Assembly (NCBI GenBank): GCA_944388995.1
Contig: CALXKN010000008.1
Span: 17,160 to 81,159, forward strand
DNA from: an uncultured Spirochaetota bacterium
GTDB lineage: Bacteria > Spirochaetota > Spirochaetia > JAFGXN01
Reading direction: 5' to 3'
Length of the DNA stretch: 64,000 bases
The notes below the pieces were generated by a model. That model saw only the letters and a program-made list of their open reading frames with translations. It was not told the origin of the DNA and ran no database searches. Below, one piece after another: positions 1 through 9,761 of this stretch (its first letter is position 1; each line of letters starts with the position of its first letter). Made by a program: the position numbers and the translations under genes.

Positions 1-1
1 G

Positions 2-826
2 CATTCGGTAGCGTTTCAGGGTGAGCACGGTGCGTTCAGCGAAATCGCACTGAAAAAATTTTTCGATCCTGAAAAATACTGCTCTCTGCCGTGTAAAACT
101 TTTCACGATGTTTTCGAATCGGTTCTGAAAGGCGAAGCCGAATTCGGTATTGTTCCGATTGAAAATTCGCTGGCTGGGTCGATTCATACAAACTACGATT
201 TACTGCTGCGCTATCCCGACCTGACGATTTGCGGCGAAACAAAAATTCGCGTTTCACACAACCTTATCGGTATCAAAACCACAGAATTGAAAAATATCAA
301 ACGGGTTTATTCGCATCCTCAGGCGCTTAGTCAGTGCGCGCGGTTTATCGAAGAGCACGGTTACCGGACATTCGCCGTTGTCGATACGTCGGGCTCCGTC
401 GCCATGGTGAAAGAGATGAACGACCCGCAGGCGGCCGCCATTGCCGGCGACGCGGCGGCCGAATACTGGGACATGAAAATCCTCAAACCGGGAATCGAGT
501 CCGATCCGAAAAATTTCACCCGTTTCTACATCGTCTGCCGCAAAGAAAACAAACCGAAAACCGAAAATCCGGACAAAGTGTCGATTGTCTTTTCAACAAA
601 GGACGAACCGGGCGCCTTGCTGAAAATTCTGAAAATCTTTGCCGACGGCGGCCTGAACCTTTCCAAACTCGAATCGCGGCCGATTTTCGGCAAACCGTGG
701 GAATACCTTTTCTACGCCGCTCTCGATACGGACGGAAAAACCGACACAAAGGGGATTTTCGAAAGCGTCAAAGACCACTCCGAATTTTTTAAAGTGCTCG
801 GCAGCTTTAAAAAAATGCAGGACTGA
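2..826 (+). CDS. pheA: Prephenate dehydratase (PDT catalytic domain plus C-terminal ACT regulatory domain); the 5' end is cut by the window edge
   Basis: The frame of ORF 287..826 stays open back to nt 2 (..FQGEHGAFSEIALKKFF..GIVPIENSLAGSIHTNYDLL..). PDT-type sequence is followed by an ACT-like tail (IVFSTKDEPGALLKILKIFADGGLNLSKLESRP). Confidence 0.85.
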   Translation, partial: HSVAFQGEHGAFSEIALKKFFDPEKYCSLPCKTFHDVFESVLKGEAEFGIVPIENSLAGSIHTNYDLLLRYPDLTICGETKIRVSHNLIGIKTTELKNIKRVYSHPQALSQCARFIEEHGYRTFAVVDTSGSVAMVKEMNDPQAAAIAGDAAAEYWDMKILKPGIESDPKNFTRFYIVCRKENKPKTENPDKVSIVFSTKDEPGALLKILKIFADGGLNLSKLESRPIFGKPWEYLFYAALDTDGKTDTKGIFESVKDHSEFFKVLGSFKKMQD

Positions 827-839
827 AATCCGGCGGCAG

Positions 840-2429
840 TCAGCAGACTGTCCGCCGTTTTTTTATTTTTCTTTTGAAATACAGATAACCAAATGTTATC
901 GGCAAAAAAGCTCCGATCAGTAATAAGCAGGCATAAAGCGCTAAATTTAAAAAATTCCACTGTATTGTTTTCAGAACGGGAAGAACCTGAAAAAAAACTC
1001 CCGCCGCAATTAACAGAACAAGAACAGAACATCCCCATTTGAAAATCAAAACAAACGGAGACCGTCCTAAAACAATTTTATTAACCGTAAACATCTGTAG
1101 CAAATCATACGTTAAAAACGATACGACAGGAGCTGTACTGACCGTTAAAAGCTGCTTATCCGGCGTTTCAAAAATAAGCAGTCCGACAATGGAAAATGTA
1201 AAAATGACGACAGCCTCAATAACAGCGATATACTTTGTCTTTTTATAATTTCCGGTAATATCGATTAAAATTGTAAAAGGAATCCTTATGCTTCTGAAAT
1301 AGTAGTGCGCGGAAAACAGAACCATCAGTGAAATAATCGAATAATCGGGCTTGTCGTGCAGATACCACTGCATAAACGGATAAAATCCGAACAGCAGTAA
1401 TATTGTAAAACAAGTAATCAGAATAAATGAAAAATTTTCATATTTCTTATATATAAGAGAAAACCGTTCTTTATTTTCGTTAAGTAAATTCCCCAAAGAA
1501 TTTTGAGGCGCCCGCAGCATTAACCCGGCAATAATGCTCACATAACCGATTAGCAAATAATAGACGCTGTATACAGAAACCGTTTTTAATGTAGAGAAAA
1601 ATGACAGCAGAATCGGAATTGTATTAAAAACCAATAAATCCGCTATTTTATGCGGAAGCAAGTCTTTTGTCATTCCGAAAATAGATGTGTCTTTTTCTTC
1701 CTTGTGCCTGTATAAAAACGGATAATGTCTGCGTACATAAGTGACGGTTATCAGCGATGAAAGAAAAGAAATCCCCGCTTTACAACATAAAATAACAATA
1801 TATAAAAAATTTTTATCCGTTTCAGGAAAAAACCGAACCGAATAAAAAATAATAATTGAAACCAACGGAATTCCCAGTGATGAAAAAATTCCTAAAATTC
1901 GTTGAATATAACCCTTTTGATTTGCCGTCAAAAACAACGATTCGGGAGCGGAAATAAAATATCCGTATATAGAAGAAAGACCCAACAGTAAAATTGTTAA
2001 AAAAGGCAAAATAAAAGGGAATTGTCCGCTACGGACATCTTTTATAAGAAAAGGATATAAAAAAGCCGCTGTTATCAACAAGGTTGCAAAAACATACCCT
2101 ATGCGTCTCATAATAATTTTTGCGCCGTTAAAAACAGCGCAAATTCTCAGCGTATCCCGCTCCGCCAACGGCTTGTAAAAATGAAAAATAAAAGCAGATC
2201 CGACGCCTAATTCGATAATATTCAAATAAGCCAAAACCTGCCCGGCTGTGCTTTGCAGTCCGTTGATTTCATCTCCCAGAACGGATAAAAAAAGCCGTAC
2301 TTCAAAAAACTTCAGAAATACGGTTCCGATCATAAACAAAGTCGGTATGAAAAAATTATAAAAGGTGTTTTTCTTTCTGGACTCGCCGGCCATGGAATAG
2401 AGTAAAACACAGAAAGCCGATATTGTCAA
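840..2429 (-). CDS. Polytopic membrane protein, MOP-superfamily flippase-like (Wzx/MurJ-type polysaccharide biosynthesis protein)
   Basis: 529 aa with about 12-14 hydrophobic segments, the size and architecture typical of polysaccharide-biosynthesis flippases. No diagnostic motif was recognised. Confidence 0.5.
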   Translation of the reverse strand: MTISAFCVLLYSMAGESRKKNTFYNFFIPTLFMIGTVFLKFFEVRLFLSVLGDEINGLQSTAGQVLAYLNIIELGVGSAFIFHFYKPLAERDTLRICAVFNGAKIIMRRIGYVFATLLITAAFLYPFLIKDVRSGQFPFILPFLTILLLGLSSIYGYFISAPESLFLTANQKGYIQRILGIFSSLGIPLVSIIIFYSVRFFPETDKNFLYIVILCCKAGISFLSSLITVTYVRRHYPFLYRHKEEKDTSIFGMTKDLLPHKIADLLVFNTIPILLSFFSTLKTVSVYSVYYLLIGYVSIIAGLMLRAPQNSLGNLLNENKERFSLIYKKYENFSFILITCFTILLLFGFYPFMQWYLHDKPDYSIISLMVLFSAHYYFRSIRIPFTILIDITGNYKKTKYIAVIEAVVIFTFSIVGLLIFETPDKQLLTVSTAPVVSFLTYDLLQMFTVNKIVLGRSPFVLIFKWGCSVLVLLIAAGVFFQVLPVLKTIQWNFLNLALYACLLLIGAFLPITFGYLYFKRKIKKRRTVC

Positions 2430-2744
2430 TTATTGCAATAACAAGAAGTTCCGTTCAAGGCGCTCCGGTTACCGGCGTATATTCTCCGGTAAGGGAATAT
2501 TGTTTTACCCGGAAATGCCATGTTTATATGCCTCTCCGATAAACATGAAGAAACAAAAAAGAAAGAATTCTTTTTCCAATATCTTTAAACAAATAAGGAA
2601 TCATTTCTTCCTTTGTTTTCGGAAAAAAAGACCTTCGGAATACAGTTCTTTCTAATTTTGTTTGCGTCAAAATAAACAGACAGCAAAAGTTCGCCAAAGA
2701 AACCCACCAATAATCATACATTGCGGTTGCATTATATAATAAAA

Positions 2745-3389
2745 TTATTTCACCTGCAAGAGACTGATAATCGCCTGGTTGCGGTTTAAAACCGGATTGA
2801 CAAGAGCGTAGTCGTAAGCGGTGCGGCCGGAGTAGTCGGTGAGGGAAATGTCGGCGCCGCCGTTAATCAGAGCGATGATAATCTGCGGATTGTAACTTTC
2901 ATCGGCGGCAATCATCAGCGCGGTCTGACCGTCTTCGTCCTGTAAATCGGGATTGGCGCCCGCTTCCAACAGCGCGACAATGATATCCGGATTGCTATTT
3001 TCCTCAGCCGCACACATCAGCGCCGTTTCGCCGTCTTCTTCGACGGCATTCACGTCGGCTCCGAGACGGATCAGCGTTTTAATGATTTCGACATTACGGT
3101 TTTTTTCAGCCGCCATCATCAAAGCGGTCTTCTGATCTTCCTCGCGGGCGTTGACGTCGATTCCGAGTCCGACCAGCCATTCGATCACTTCGGGATGCTG
3201 ATTGCGTTCCGCGGCAATCATCAGTGCGGTTTCCATGTCATCAAAACGGAAAGTGAAGTCGGCTCCCGCGTCGCGGGCGGCCTGCAACTCCTTCACCGTT
3301 GCAACCCGCAGCAAATCTTCAAGATAATTTGCAAAAAGCAGAGACGGTAAAAATAAAAGAACTGCCAATAAGCCGACTTTTTTCATCAA
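2745..3389 (-). CDS. Secreted ankyrin-repeat protein
   Basis: N-terminal signal peptide (MMKKVGLLAVLLFLPSLLFA). At least five tandem ANK repeats (..TALMIAAERNQHPEVIEWLVGLGIDVNAREEDQKTALMMAAEKN..GADVNAVEEDGETALMCAA..). Confidence 0.85.
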   Translation of the reverse strand: MMKKVGLLAVLLFLPSLLFANYLEDLLRVATVKELQAARDAGADFTFRFDDMETALMIAAERNQHPEVIEWLVGLGIDVNAREEDQKTALMMAAEKNRNVEIIKTLIRLGADVNAVEEDGETALMCAAEENSNPDIIVALLEAGANPDLQDEDGQTALMIAADESYNPQIIIALINGGADISLTDYSGRTAYDYALVNPVLNRNQAIISLLQVK

Positions 3390-3448
3390 TTAAAGATACC
3401 ACGAGAAATTCTTTTTGTACAGAGCGGCGGTTTAAATATAATGAAAAT

Positions 3449-3781
3449 TTAATCTGTTTTTAAAGGAATCCACAGCTGGTAAGCGGTTTGTCCGTCCTCA
3501 AAAACCGTCCGGAAAACCGCCTGCTCAGGCCGGATTCCGATATTTTTATGAAGACAGAAGCTCTCCAAATCCGCCCGGTTTTGAGCGATAAAATCATCAG
3601 AAAGCGGTTCCCTCGACTGAAGAAAGACGTAAACGCCGCGGGGAATTGTCTTTCCGCCCTCCGGAGAACGGACGTAAAGCGCGGTTTCGCCGAAAAACCG
3701 GACGGTTTCCGCCGCGTTTTCATGACTTGCGGACGAGTAAAAAAAATCTTCGTACAAGCGCAGCCGTTTCCAGTTCAGCAT
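3449..3781 (-). CDS. Hypothetical protein, possibly translationally coupled to pepD (7-nt overlap)
   Basis: 110-aa ORF with no recognisable domain. Its start overlaps the pepD stop. Confidence 0.35.
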   Translation of the reverse strand: MLNWKRLRLYEDFFYSSASHENAAETVRFFGETALYVRSPEGGKTIPRGVYVFLQSREPLSDDFIAQNRADLESFCLHKNIGIRPEQAVFRTVFEDGQTAYQLWIPLKTD

Positions 3782-5160
3782 AGCGATAAAAGCATTTTCA
3801 GAACTTCGTAGGTACGGTCGGCAGAAGCGACGTCAAGAAATTCGCTGACCGAATGGACGTTTTCTGTCTGCGGTCCGAAGGAAATCATGTCAAGCCGCGG
3901 TTTCAGCGAAGCAAAGATTCCGCACTCCAATCCGGCGTGGATGACGGCAATCTGCGGCGGGCGGCCGGTTACTTTACGGAAGGCGGTCTGCGCCAGCTCT
4001 GACAGCGGCGATCGGGAAGCCGGTTCCCACATCGGATATTCGTCGGTTTTTTCGGCCTGAAAGCCGCAGGCGGCAAAAACGGCCGCGGTTTTTTCTTTGA
4101 CGGCGTTCAGTCCGCCGGCCGTCAGCGATCGGACGGAAACGGTCACCTGAACTTCTCCCCCTTCTTTGCAGCGGACAACCGCGACGTTGGCCGAAGTCTC
4201 CACCGTATCCGCAAAACGGCGGCTCATGGTTCCGACGCCGTTCGGCAGCGACGTTAAAAGCCGCAGAAGCGTTCCGCTTTCGTCAGCCGGAAAACATTCG
4301 GTTTCGGAAACCGGTGAAAGTCTGAATTCCGCTTCTTTCGGTAAAAATCCGGAAAGCCGCATCTGAAGTTCGGCCGCCGTCAGAGCGGTATTGACAACCG
4401 CCGACGAGCGCGACGGAATGACGTTGTGTTTGTCTCCGCCTTCAAAAGAAGCGATCCGAACGGGAGAGGTCCTGTTTACCTCCGCCAACGCTGCGGCGAG
4501 TGCGACAACCGCGTTCGGCCGGTTTTTACCGATGTCGCTTCCCGAATGACCGCCGGGAAGTCCGCTCAGTTCAATCCGGAAAAAACCCGCGGATTCTCCT
4601 TTTTCCCGTCTGATTTTCCGTCGGCCGCAAAACGTCGCGCCGCCGGCGCAGCCGACAATGATGACGCCGTCTTCTTCGGAATCCAGATTGATCAGCCGGT
4701 CGAAAGCAAGCGTTTCGGCGGACAGGGCGGCCGCACCGCAGAGACCTTCCTCTTCGCAGACGGTGAACAGCAGCCGCAGCGGCGGGTGAACGGCCTGCGG
4801 ATCATCGCATAACGCCAGCGCCATTGCCAGCGCTATGCCGTTATCGGCTCCCAACGACGTTCCGTCGGCCGAAAGCCGCTTTCCGTCGTCAATAACCGGA
4901 ATCGGATCGCGTTCAAAATCGACCGGCGAGGTTTCCGTTTTGACGCAGACCATGTCCATATGCCCCTGAATGAGGACGCCCGCATGCGTTTCAAAGCCGG
5001 CCGCCGCGGGAACGTCAATGCTCAGATTGCCGGCGCCGTCAACCGAATGCGCAAATTTTTTTTCTTCGGCAAACCGAATCAAATAACCGCGGATTTTTTC
5101 CTCCTTTCCGGACGGCCGCGGGATTTTCGCGATTTCCAAAAAGTAATCTTTCCAAGTCAT
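3775..5160 (-). CDS. pepD: Aminoacyl-histidine (Xaa-His) dipeptidase, M20 family
   Basis: HMDMVCVK, GADNGIALA and CEEEGL motifs with PepD-like length. The preferred start is MTWKDYFLEIAKIPRPSGKEE, which aligns with the E. coli PepD N-terminus. The longer track ORF starting at 5196 would overlap a TTGTCC-17-TATAAT promoter. Confidence 0.85.
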   Translation of the reverse strand: MTWKDYFLEIAKIPRPSGKEEKIRGYLIRFAEEKKFAHSVDGAGNLSIDVPAAAGFETHAGVLIQGHMDMVCVKTETSPVDFERDPIPVIDDGKRLSADGTSLGADNGIALAMALALCDDPQAVHPPLRLLFTVCEEEGLCGAAALSAETLAFDRLINLDSEEDGVIIVGCAGGATFCGRRKIRREKGESAGFFRIELSGLPGGHSGSDIGKNRPNAVVALAAALAEVNRTSPVRIASFEGGDKHNVIPSRSSAVVNTALTAAELQMRLSGFLPKEAEFRLSPVSETECFPADESGTLLRLLTSLPNGVGTMSRRFADTVETSANVAVVRCKEGGEVQVTVSVRSLTAGGLNAVKEKTAAVFAACGFQAEKTDEYPMWEPASRSPLSELAQTAFRKVTGRPPQIAVIHAGLECGIFASLKPRLDMISFGPQTENVHSVSEFLDVASADRTYEVLKMLLSLC

Positions 5161-5167
5161 CGTTCCG

Positions 5168-5196
5168 ATTATACCGTTTTTTAAAAACGCGGACAA
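5168..5196 (-). promoter_or_regulatory. Sigma70-like promoter for pepD (TTGTCC-17nt-TATAAT), with the -10 box 7 nt from the ATG (leaderless candidate)
   Basis: Minus-strand sequence reads ttgtccgcgtttttaaaaaacggtataatcggaacgATG. Confidence 0.4.
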
Positions 5197-5266
5197 GCGG
5201 AGTTAAAAGAGAAAATCGGGAAAAAACGTCCGGAATTTCTGTTTTAAACCGGAAAATTTCCCCCGC

Positions 5267-5295
5267 TTGCAAGATTTACTTTAAAAAGGTATAGT
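5267..5295 (+). promoter_or_regulatory. Sigma70-like promoter for rsmI (TTGCAA-17nt-TATAGT), with the -10 box 5 nt from the ATG (leaderless candidate)
   Basis: ttgcaagatttactttaaaaaggtatagtcggttATG. No Shine-Dalgarno sequence is present. Confidence 0.45.
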
Positions 5296-5300
5296 CGGTT

Positions 5301-6020
5301 ATGGGCGAATTGTACATGGTGGCCACACCGATCGGAAATCTCGGTGACATTACGCTGCGCGCGCTTGAAACGCTGAAATCGGTCGATTTGATCGCGTGCG
5401 AAGACACCCGCCGCACGCTGCAGCTTTTAAACCGTTTTTCGATTGCCAAAAAACTGATCAGCTGCCGGGCTCAGAACGAAGCGGCCGCCGCGCAAACCGT
5501 CTGCCGCGCCCTGGAAGCGGGGCAGTCGGTGGCCTACTGCAGCGATGCGGGAACTCCCGGCGTCAGCGACCCCGGAGCGCGTCTGGCGCAGACCGTCCGC
5601 CGGAACGGTTTCCGCGTCGTACCGATTCCGGGAGCGTCGGCAGTTACTGCGTTAATCAGCGTCTCTGCAACGGAAAGTAAAGGCTTTCGATTTGAAGGCT
5701 TTCTCAGTCCGAAAGAAGGCCGCCGTAAACGACGTCTCGAAGAGCTGATGAACGGCGACGTTCCGTTTATTCTGTACGAATCTCCGTTCCGCATTATTAA
5801 ACTTTTGCACAACATAGCCGATACAGACAGTGAACGGCTTATTACCGTCGGCCGCGAACTGACGAAACAGCATGAAGAAATCGCCGAAGGAACGGCCGCT
5901 TCGATTCTGAATTTATTTGAATCGAGAAATATGATCAAAGGCGAGTGGGTTTTACTGATAAACGGAAAAAAAGAGTTAAAGTCGGAAATCAAAAAAACCG
6001 ATAATAAAAAAGAGAGGTAA
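5301..6020 (+). CDS. rsmI: 16S rRNA (cytidine1402-2'-O)-methyltransferase
   Basis: Tetrapyrrole-methylase fold with RsmI-type N-terminus (LYMVATPIGNLGDITLRALETLKSVDLIACEDTRRT) and typical length. Confidence 0.9.
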   Translation: MGELYMVATPIGNLGDITLRALETLKSVDLIACEDTRRTLQLLNRFSIAKKLISCRAQNEAAAAQTVCRALEAGQSVAYCSDAGTPGVSDPGARLAQTVRRNGFRVVPIPGASAVTALISVSATESKGFRFEGFLSPKEGRRKRRLEELMNGDVPFILYESPFRIIKLLHNIADTDSERLITVGRELTKQHEEIAEGTAASILNLFESRNMIKGEWVLLINGKKELKSEIKKTDNKKER

Positions 6021-6022
6021 TC

Positions 6023-6304
6023 ATGTTGGGAAAAATCAACGGAATCAATCCAATTTCTAATACGACTCGAATCGAAGAAACGGTAAAAACGAAATCGGTT
6101 GCGGGATCCGATTCTATTTCGATTTCTTCCGATGCCGAAAAAATGAGCCGCCTTCACGCCCTGTGCGAAAAAGTAGCTCAAACTCCCGATATCCGCCAGG
6201 ACAAAATCGACGAGGTGATGAATCAAATGAAAAATCCGGACTTCATCAACGACAAGGTTTTATCCGTTGTTGCGGATAAGTTAATGGAGATTTTCAAAAT
6301 CTGA
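6023..6304 (+). CDS. flgM: Anti-sigma-28 factor FlgM-like protein
   Basis: 93 aa. The C-terminal region (IRQDKIDEVMNQMKNPDFINDKVLSVVADKLMEIF) matches the FlgM sigma-28-binding helix pattern. A rho-independent terminator follows. Confidence 0.5.
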   Translation: MLGKINGINPISNTTRIEETVKTKSVAGSDSISISSDAEKMSRLHALCEKVAQTPDIRQDKIDEVMNQMKNPDFINDKVLSVVADKLMEIFKI

Positions 6305-6330
6305 AAACCGGCTTTTGCCGGTTTTTTTTT
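6304..6330 (+). terminator. Rho-independent terminator after flgM
   Basis: ccggc-tttt-gccgg hairpin followed by a T9 run. Confidence 0.65.
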
Positions 6331-6355
6331 ATCTCCGGCGCGGTGAAAGAAAGGG

Positions 6356-6384
6356 TTGAAAAAACGAATTTTTCCGTCTATAAT
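6356..6384 (+). promoter_or_regulatory. Sigma70-like promoter (TTGAAA-17nt-TATAAT) for the nif3-like gene, with the -10 box 5 nt from the ATG (leaderless candidate)
   Basis: ttgaaaaaacgaatttttccgtctataatgcgttATG. Confidence 0.5.
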
Positions 6385-6389
6385 GCGTT

Positions 6390-7145
6390 ATGAAGTTGAA
6401 AGAGCTTTGCGCCTATTACGAATCGCTGCTGCGGATTTCCGAAACCGACGACATCAGCCTGAACGGACTTCAGGTCGGCGACGACGAGGCGGAAATCAAA
6501 ACCGTCGCGTTTGCCGTTGACGCGGCGAAGGAAACCATCGGAAAAGCGGCCGATGCGGGCGCCGATTTGCTCTTTGTTCATCACGGTCTGTTTTGGGGGA
6601 AGCCGTACCCGCTGACCGGCTCCGTTTACAGACGTTTTGATTTGCTTTTCCGGCGGCCGCTGGCGTTGTTTGCCGTTCATCTTCCGCTGGATCTGCACCC
6701 GACGCTCGGCAACAACGCCCGGCTGGCGCAGACGCTCGGCCTGCGGAATCTCCGCCCGTTCGGCGAATACCGCGGCGTTAAAATCGGTTTCAAAGGGGAG
6801 TGGAGCCAACCGCTTTCAGTTGACGACGTCCTCGGCCGTTTGGGGCTGACCCGCGGCGACTGCCTGAAAGTGTACGGCTTCGGCAAAAAAGAAGTTCGGA
6901 ACGCCGCCGTCATTTCGGGCGGAGCGGTCGACGAACTCTCCCAAGCGGTCGCCGAAAACCTCGATTTGTACATCACGGGCGACGCCGGACACGAGATTTA
7001 CCACTTCTGCAAAGAATCGCATATCAATATGCTGAGTATCGGTCACTACGCAAGCGAAACTTACGGCGTGAAAGCCGTCGCCGCCCAAACGGAAAAAGAC
7101 TGCGGTTTGAAAACGCTGTTTATCGATTGTCCGACCGGACTGTAG
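6390..7145 (+). CDS. Nif3-family dinuclear metal-centre protein (YqfO/YbgI, GTP cyclohydrolase 1 type 2 homologue)
   Basis: NIF3 signatures (LLFVHHGLFWG, ITGDAGHEIYHF). Confidence 0.85.
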   Translation: MKLKELCAYYESLLRISETDDISLNGLQVGDDEAEIKTVAFAVDAAKETIGKAADAGADLLFVHHGLFWGKPYPLTGSVYRRFDLLFRRPLALFAVHLPLDLHPTLGNNARLAQTLGLRNLRPFGEYRGVKIGFKGEWSQPLSVDDVLGRLGLTRGDCLKVYGFGKKEVRNAAVISGGAVDELSQAVAENLDLYITGDAGHEIYHFCKESHINMLSIGHYASETYGVKAVAAQTEKDCGLKTLFIDCPTGL

Positions 7146-7153
7146 GAGATTTT

Positions 7154-7795
7154 ATGGGAATCATTGCTAAAAAGAAAAAAGACAAAAAAAGTTTTCAAAC
7201 CGTTTTGAAGGAATTTCCGTCCGAAGTGAAAAAAAATTGGAAAATGAAGACGGCGATTTTGATGATTGCACCGATTGCGCTGCTGATCGATCAGATTACA
7301 AAATCGTTGGTCGTCCGCTTCATTCCGCTTTACGGTTCGCTTTGGGGCGATCCTTACGAAGGGATTCTGCGCATTATTCACGTCCGCAATACGGCGATCG
7401 CTTTCGGTTTGGGACGCGGTTTTGCCGACGAGGTGAAAGCGGTTCTGTTTATTCTGCTGCCGCTGATCATCGTCGTCGCGCTGATTGTTTATTCACTTTA
7501 CAAAAACGAACAGCCGCTTTATCAGCGGATTGCGTTTGCGCTGATTATCGGCGGCGGTTTGGGAAATCTGACGGACCGGATTTTCCGGCCCGGAAACGTC
7601 GTTGATTTTGTTGACACGGTTTGGTTCGGTATCGACGCGCTGCGCGATATTCCGCTTCTCAAGCTGCTGTCGTATGAACGGTGGCCGACCTGGAATTTTG
7701 CCGACGCCTGCGTTGTCGCCGCCGTCGCCATTCTTTTGGTCGGAATGATTGCCGAAGAAATTCAAATGAAGAAAAAAAAGAAACGGCCGGCTTAA
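7154..7795 (+). CDS. lspA: Lipoprotein signal peptidase II
   Basis: NTAIAFG, GNLTDRIFRPGNVVDFV and WPTWNFADA motifs across four transmembrane segments. The start was chosen at MGIIAKKKK, after a ggag RBS. Confidence 0.85.
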   Translation: MGIIAKKKKDKKSFQTVLKEFPSEVKKNWKMKTAILMIAPIALLIDQITKSLVVRFIPLYGSLWGDPYEGILRIIHVRNTAIAFGLGRGFADEVKAVLFILLPLIIVVALIVYSLYKNEQPLYQRIAFALIIGGGLGNLTDRIFRPGNVVDFVDTVWFGIDALRDIPLLKLLSYERWPTWNFADACVVAAVAILLVGMIAEEIQMKKKKKRPA

Positions 7796-8073
7796 ACGCC
7801 GACTGTTTCCGTTAACGCCGCAGTTTCCGCTTGAAATTCAGCAATCAGTTTTTCTTTTTGCTTTTTTGTCAGCTTTTTCAGGCGCGCCTCTTCCTTTAAT
7901 GCTTCCGGCCAGCCGGCTGTTTCGCGTAAAAAAACGACAGACAGCGGCTGACGGCCGCGGGTGTATTTGGCGCCTTTTCCGCTGCGGTGCTCTTCAAGCC
8001 GCGCCTTCCAGTCAGCCGCGGCTCCGGTGTAAAACGTTCCGTCACCGCAGGCCAGAATGTAAACGAATGCCAT
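7792..8073 (-). CDS. GIY-YIG nuclease family protein (UPF0213-like)
   Basis: MAFVYILACGDGTFYTG....KGAKYT matches the GIY-YIG signature. Confidence 0.8.
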   Translation of the reverse strand: MAFVYILACGDGTFYTGAAADWKARLEEHRSGKGAKYTRGRQPLSVVFLRETAGWPEALKEEARLKKLTKKQKEKLIAEFQAETAALTETVGV

Positions 8074-8076
8074 TTT

Positions 8077-9729
8077 TCAGTACCCGTCTGACTGGCTGCG
8101 GTTGATGTCCTTTTTGTACAGCTCGTTGTAGGCGAATCCGCGGTTTCTCAAATCGTCTTTGATTTCCTGCTTAAACGGCAGATACCGCCAAAAAATCTGA
8201 CGGACTTCCTTGTCAAGTTTCTGAATTCCGTGACTTTCCTTGGTAATCCAAATGACGTAATCGCGGATGAAATAATCTTTCAGATTACCTTTGAGTTTGT
8301 TATCATAAGCCCACTGATAGTAATTGCCGGTAATGCCTTCTTCCATCCAGTATTGAGCCGCCTTTTCCTTGGCAGTTTGCCAACGAAGATCGGCTACCGC
8401 AGTTAATACGGCAAATTCCAAATTTTTCGGATACATCGGAACGGCAACGCGGCCGCGGCTGGTAGCGCGGTTGTATTTTTCAAACGGCTCCCAACAGATT
8501 CCGAAATCCCCGTAACAAGGAACGGCAATGACATACGGTGGAATTCGATACTCTTCCCGTTTATACGGTCGCTTGAAAACCCCCGGTTCGATGTCTTCAA
8601 TTTTTGCCAAAATCCGCAAAATGTTTTCCCTGGTTCCCAAATTGTTTTTATCGGCAACAAAGTATGAAGAAAAGAAAATCGGAAAATGGTTTCCCTGACG
8701 ACCGACGCACATTTTCATCATCTGCCGAACGATTCCGAATTCCTCTTTCATGACATCTTCGTCAAAAACTGCGGAACTGCCGCCGGCTTCTGCAAGCGTT
8801 CCTTTCACCTGTTTGAGATTTTCCCGATACCGCTCCAAACTGTTCATGTCGGCGGTTAATTCGGCATCGATAGATTTGGCTTTTTGCATCAACATTCCGA
8901 ACTGATTAAATAGCTGCTTCTGCTGCGCATCATAAGGAAACAAAACACCGGGATATGACTGCGATTCTTTCTTTTGAAGGAAACAGGTCACCAACCGCTC
9001 CAACTCGGATTCCAGCTCCCTGCGCTGTGAAGATTTGGTTTTCGCATGATCGACGGTTGCCTGAATACTGGCTTCCACCCGCTGAATCTGTGATTCAAGA
9101 TGGCGGTTTTTGTTGTTGGCGTTAACGGTTTTCGTCTCGTCACCGGCAGAAGCTCCGATTTGGTTCTGTGCTACGCATTTCAGCCATTCGTCGACGTAAT
9201 ACACCGGGTTGTCGTTTTCTTTATCCAAAATCACGTGCGACAAAAGCAGTTTCGCATCACTGTTCATCAACGCCAAATTCAATACTCCGAAACGAATCAA
9301 ACCTTCCCGTTCCGGCGTCGGCTGCAGAATCATTTCGCGAATATGGTTTTCCAAAAAATTCCAAAAAGCGGAAATAACCTTTCCGCGGTACATGGTTTTT
9401 TCCTGCGAATCGGTCGCTTTTACGAATGCATTTAGATTTTTATGAAGAGCCGCCGCTTCCGTGCCGCCGTTTTCCAACAGCTTTCGGTAATAATCGGAAT
9501 CTTGGAAAAGACCGTTGGGGTCCGCCGAAAAAAATGAAGTAATTTCTTTGAATTGTGTTTGCGTTAAATCAACTGTCAGCCGCGTTTTTTTCTCTGCCTG
9601 CGGTTCATCCTGAGATCCGACCGTTTCTGAACCGCCGATGACATCGGAAGTTTCCGCATCGCGGTCGATTTGACCTTCAAACCGGTCAAGCATATCGCTC
9701 AAATCACCGAAATCATTCTGTTCGTCCAT
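8077..9729 (-). CDS. Hypothetical protein with an acidic N-terminus and a coiled-coil-like middle region
   Basis: 550-aa ORF with no recognisable domain. The C-terminal half is rich in conserved-looking aromatic residues. Confidence 0.5.
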   Translation of the reverse strand: MDEQNDFGDLSDMLDRFEGQIDRDAETSDVIGGSETVGSQDEPQAEKKTRLTVDLTQTQFKEITSFFSADPNGLFQDSDYYRKLLENGGTEAAALHKNLNAFVKATDSQEKTMYRGKVISAFWNFLENHIREMILQPTPEREGLIRFGVLNLALMNSDAKLLLSHVILDKENDNPVYYVDEWLKCVAQNQIGASAGDETKTVNANNKNRHLESQIQRVEASIQATVDHAKTKSSQRRELESELERLVTCFLQKKESQSYPGVLFPYDAQQKQLFNQFGMLMQKAKSIDAELTADMNSLERYRENLKQVKGTLAEAGGSSAVFDEDVMKEEFGIVRQMMKMCVGRQGNHFPIFFSSYFVADKNNLGTRENILRILAKIEDIEPGVFKRPYKREEYRIPPYVIAVPCYGDFGICWEPFEKYNRATSRGRVAVPMYPKNLEFAVLTAVADLRWQTAKEKAAQYWMEEGITGNYYQWAYDNKLKGNLKDYFIRDYVIWITKESHGIQKLDKEVRQIFWRYLPFKQEIKDDLRNRGFAYNELYKKDINRSQSDGY

Positions 9730-9761
9730 TTACTCCTCCTTTTTTCTGTCCTCTTCGGGAT

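Noticed and set aside
5161-5196. Longer pepD start (MSAFLKNGIIGT...) given by the ORF track
   Set aside because: The extension overlaps a well-formed TTGTCC-17-TATAAT promoter. The PepD N-terminal alignment begins at MTWKDYFLEIAKIP.
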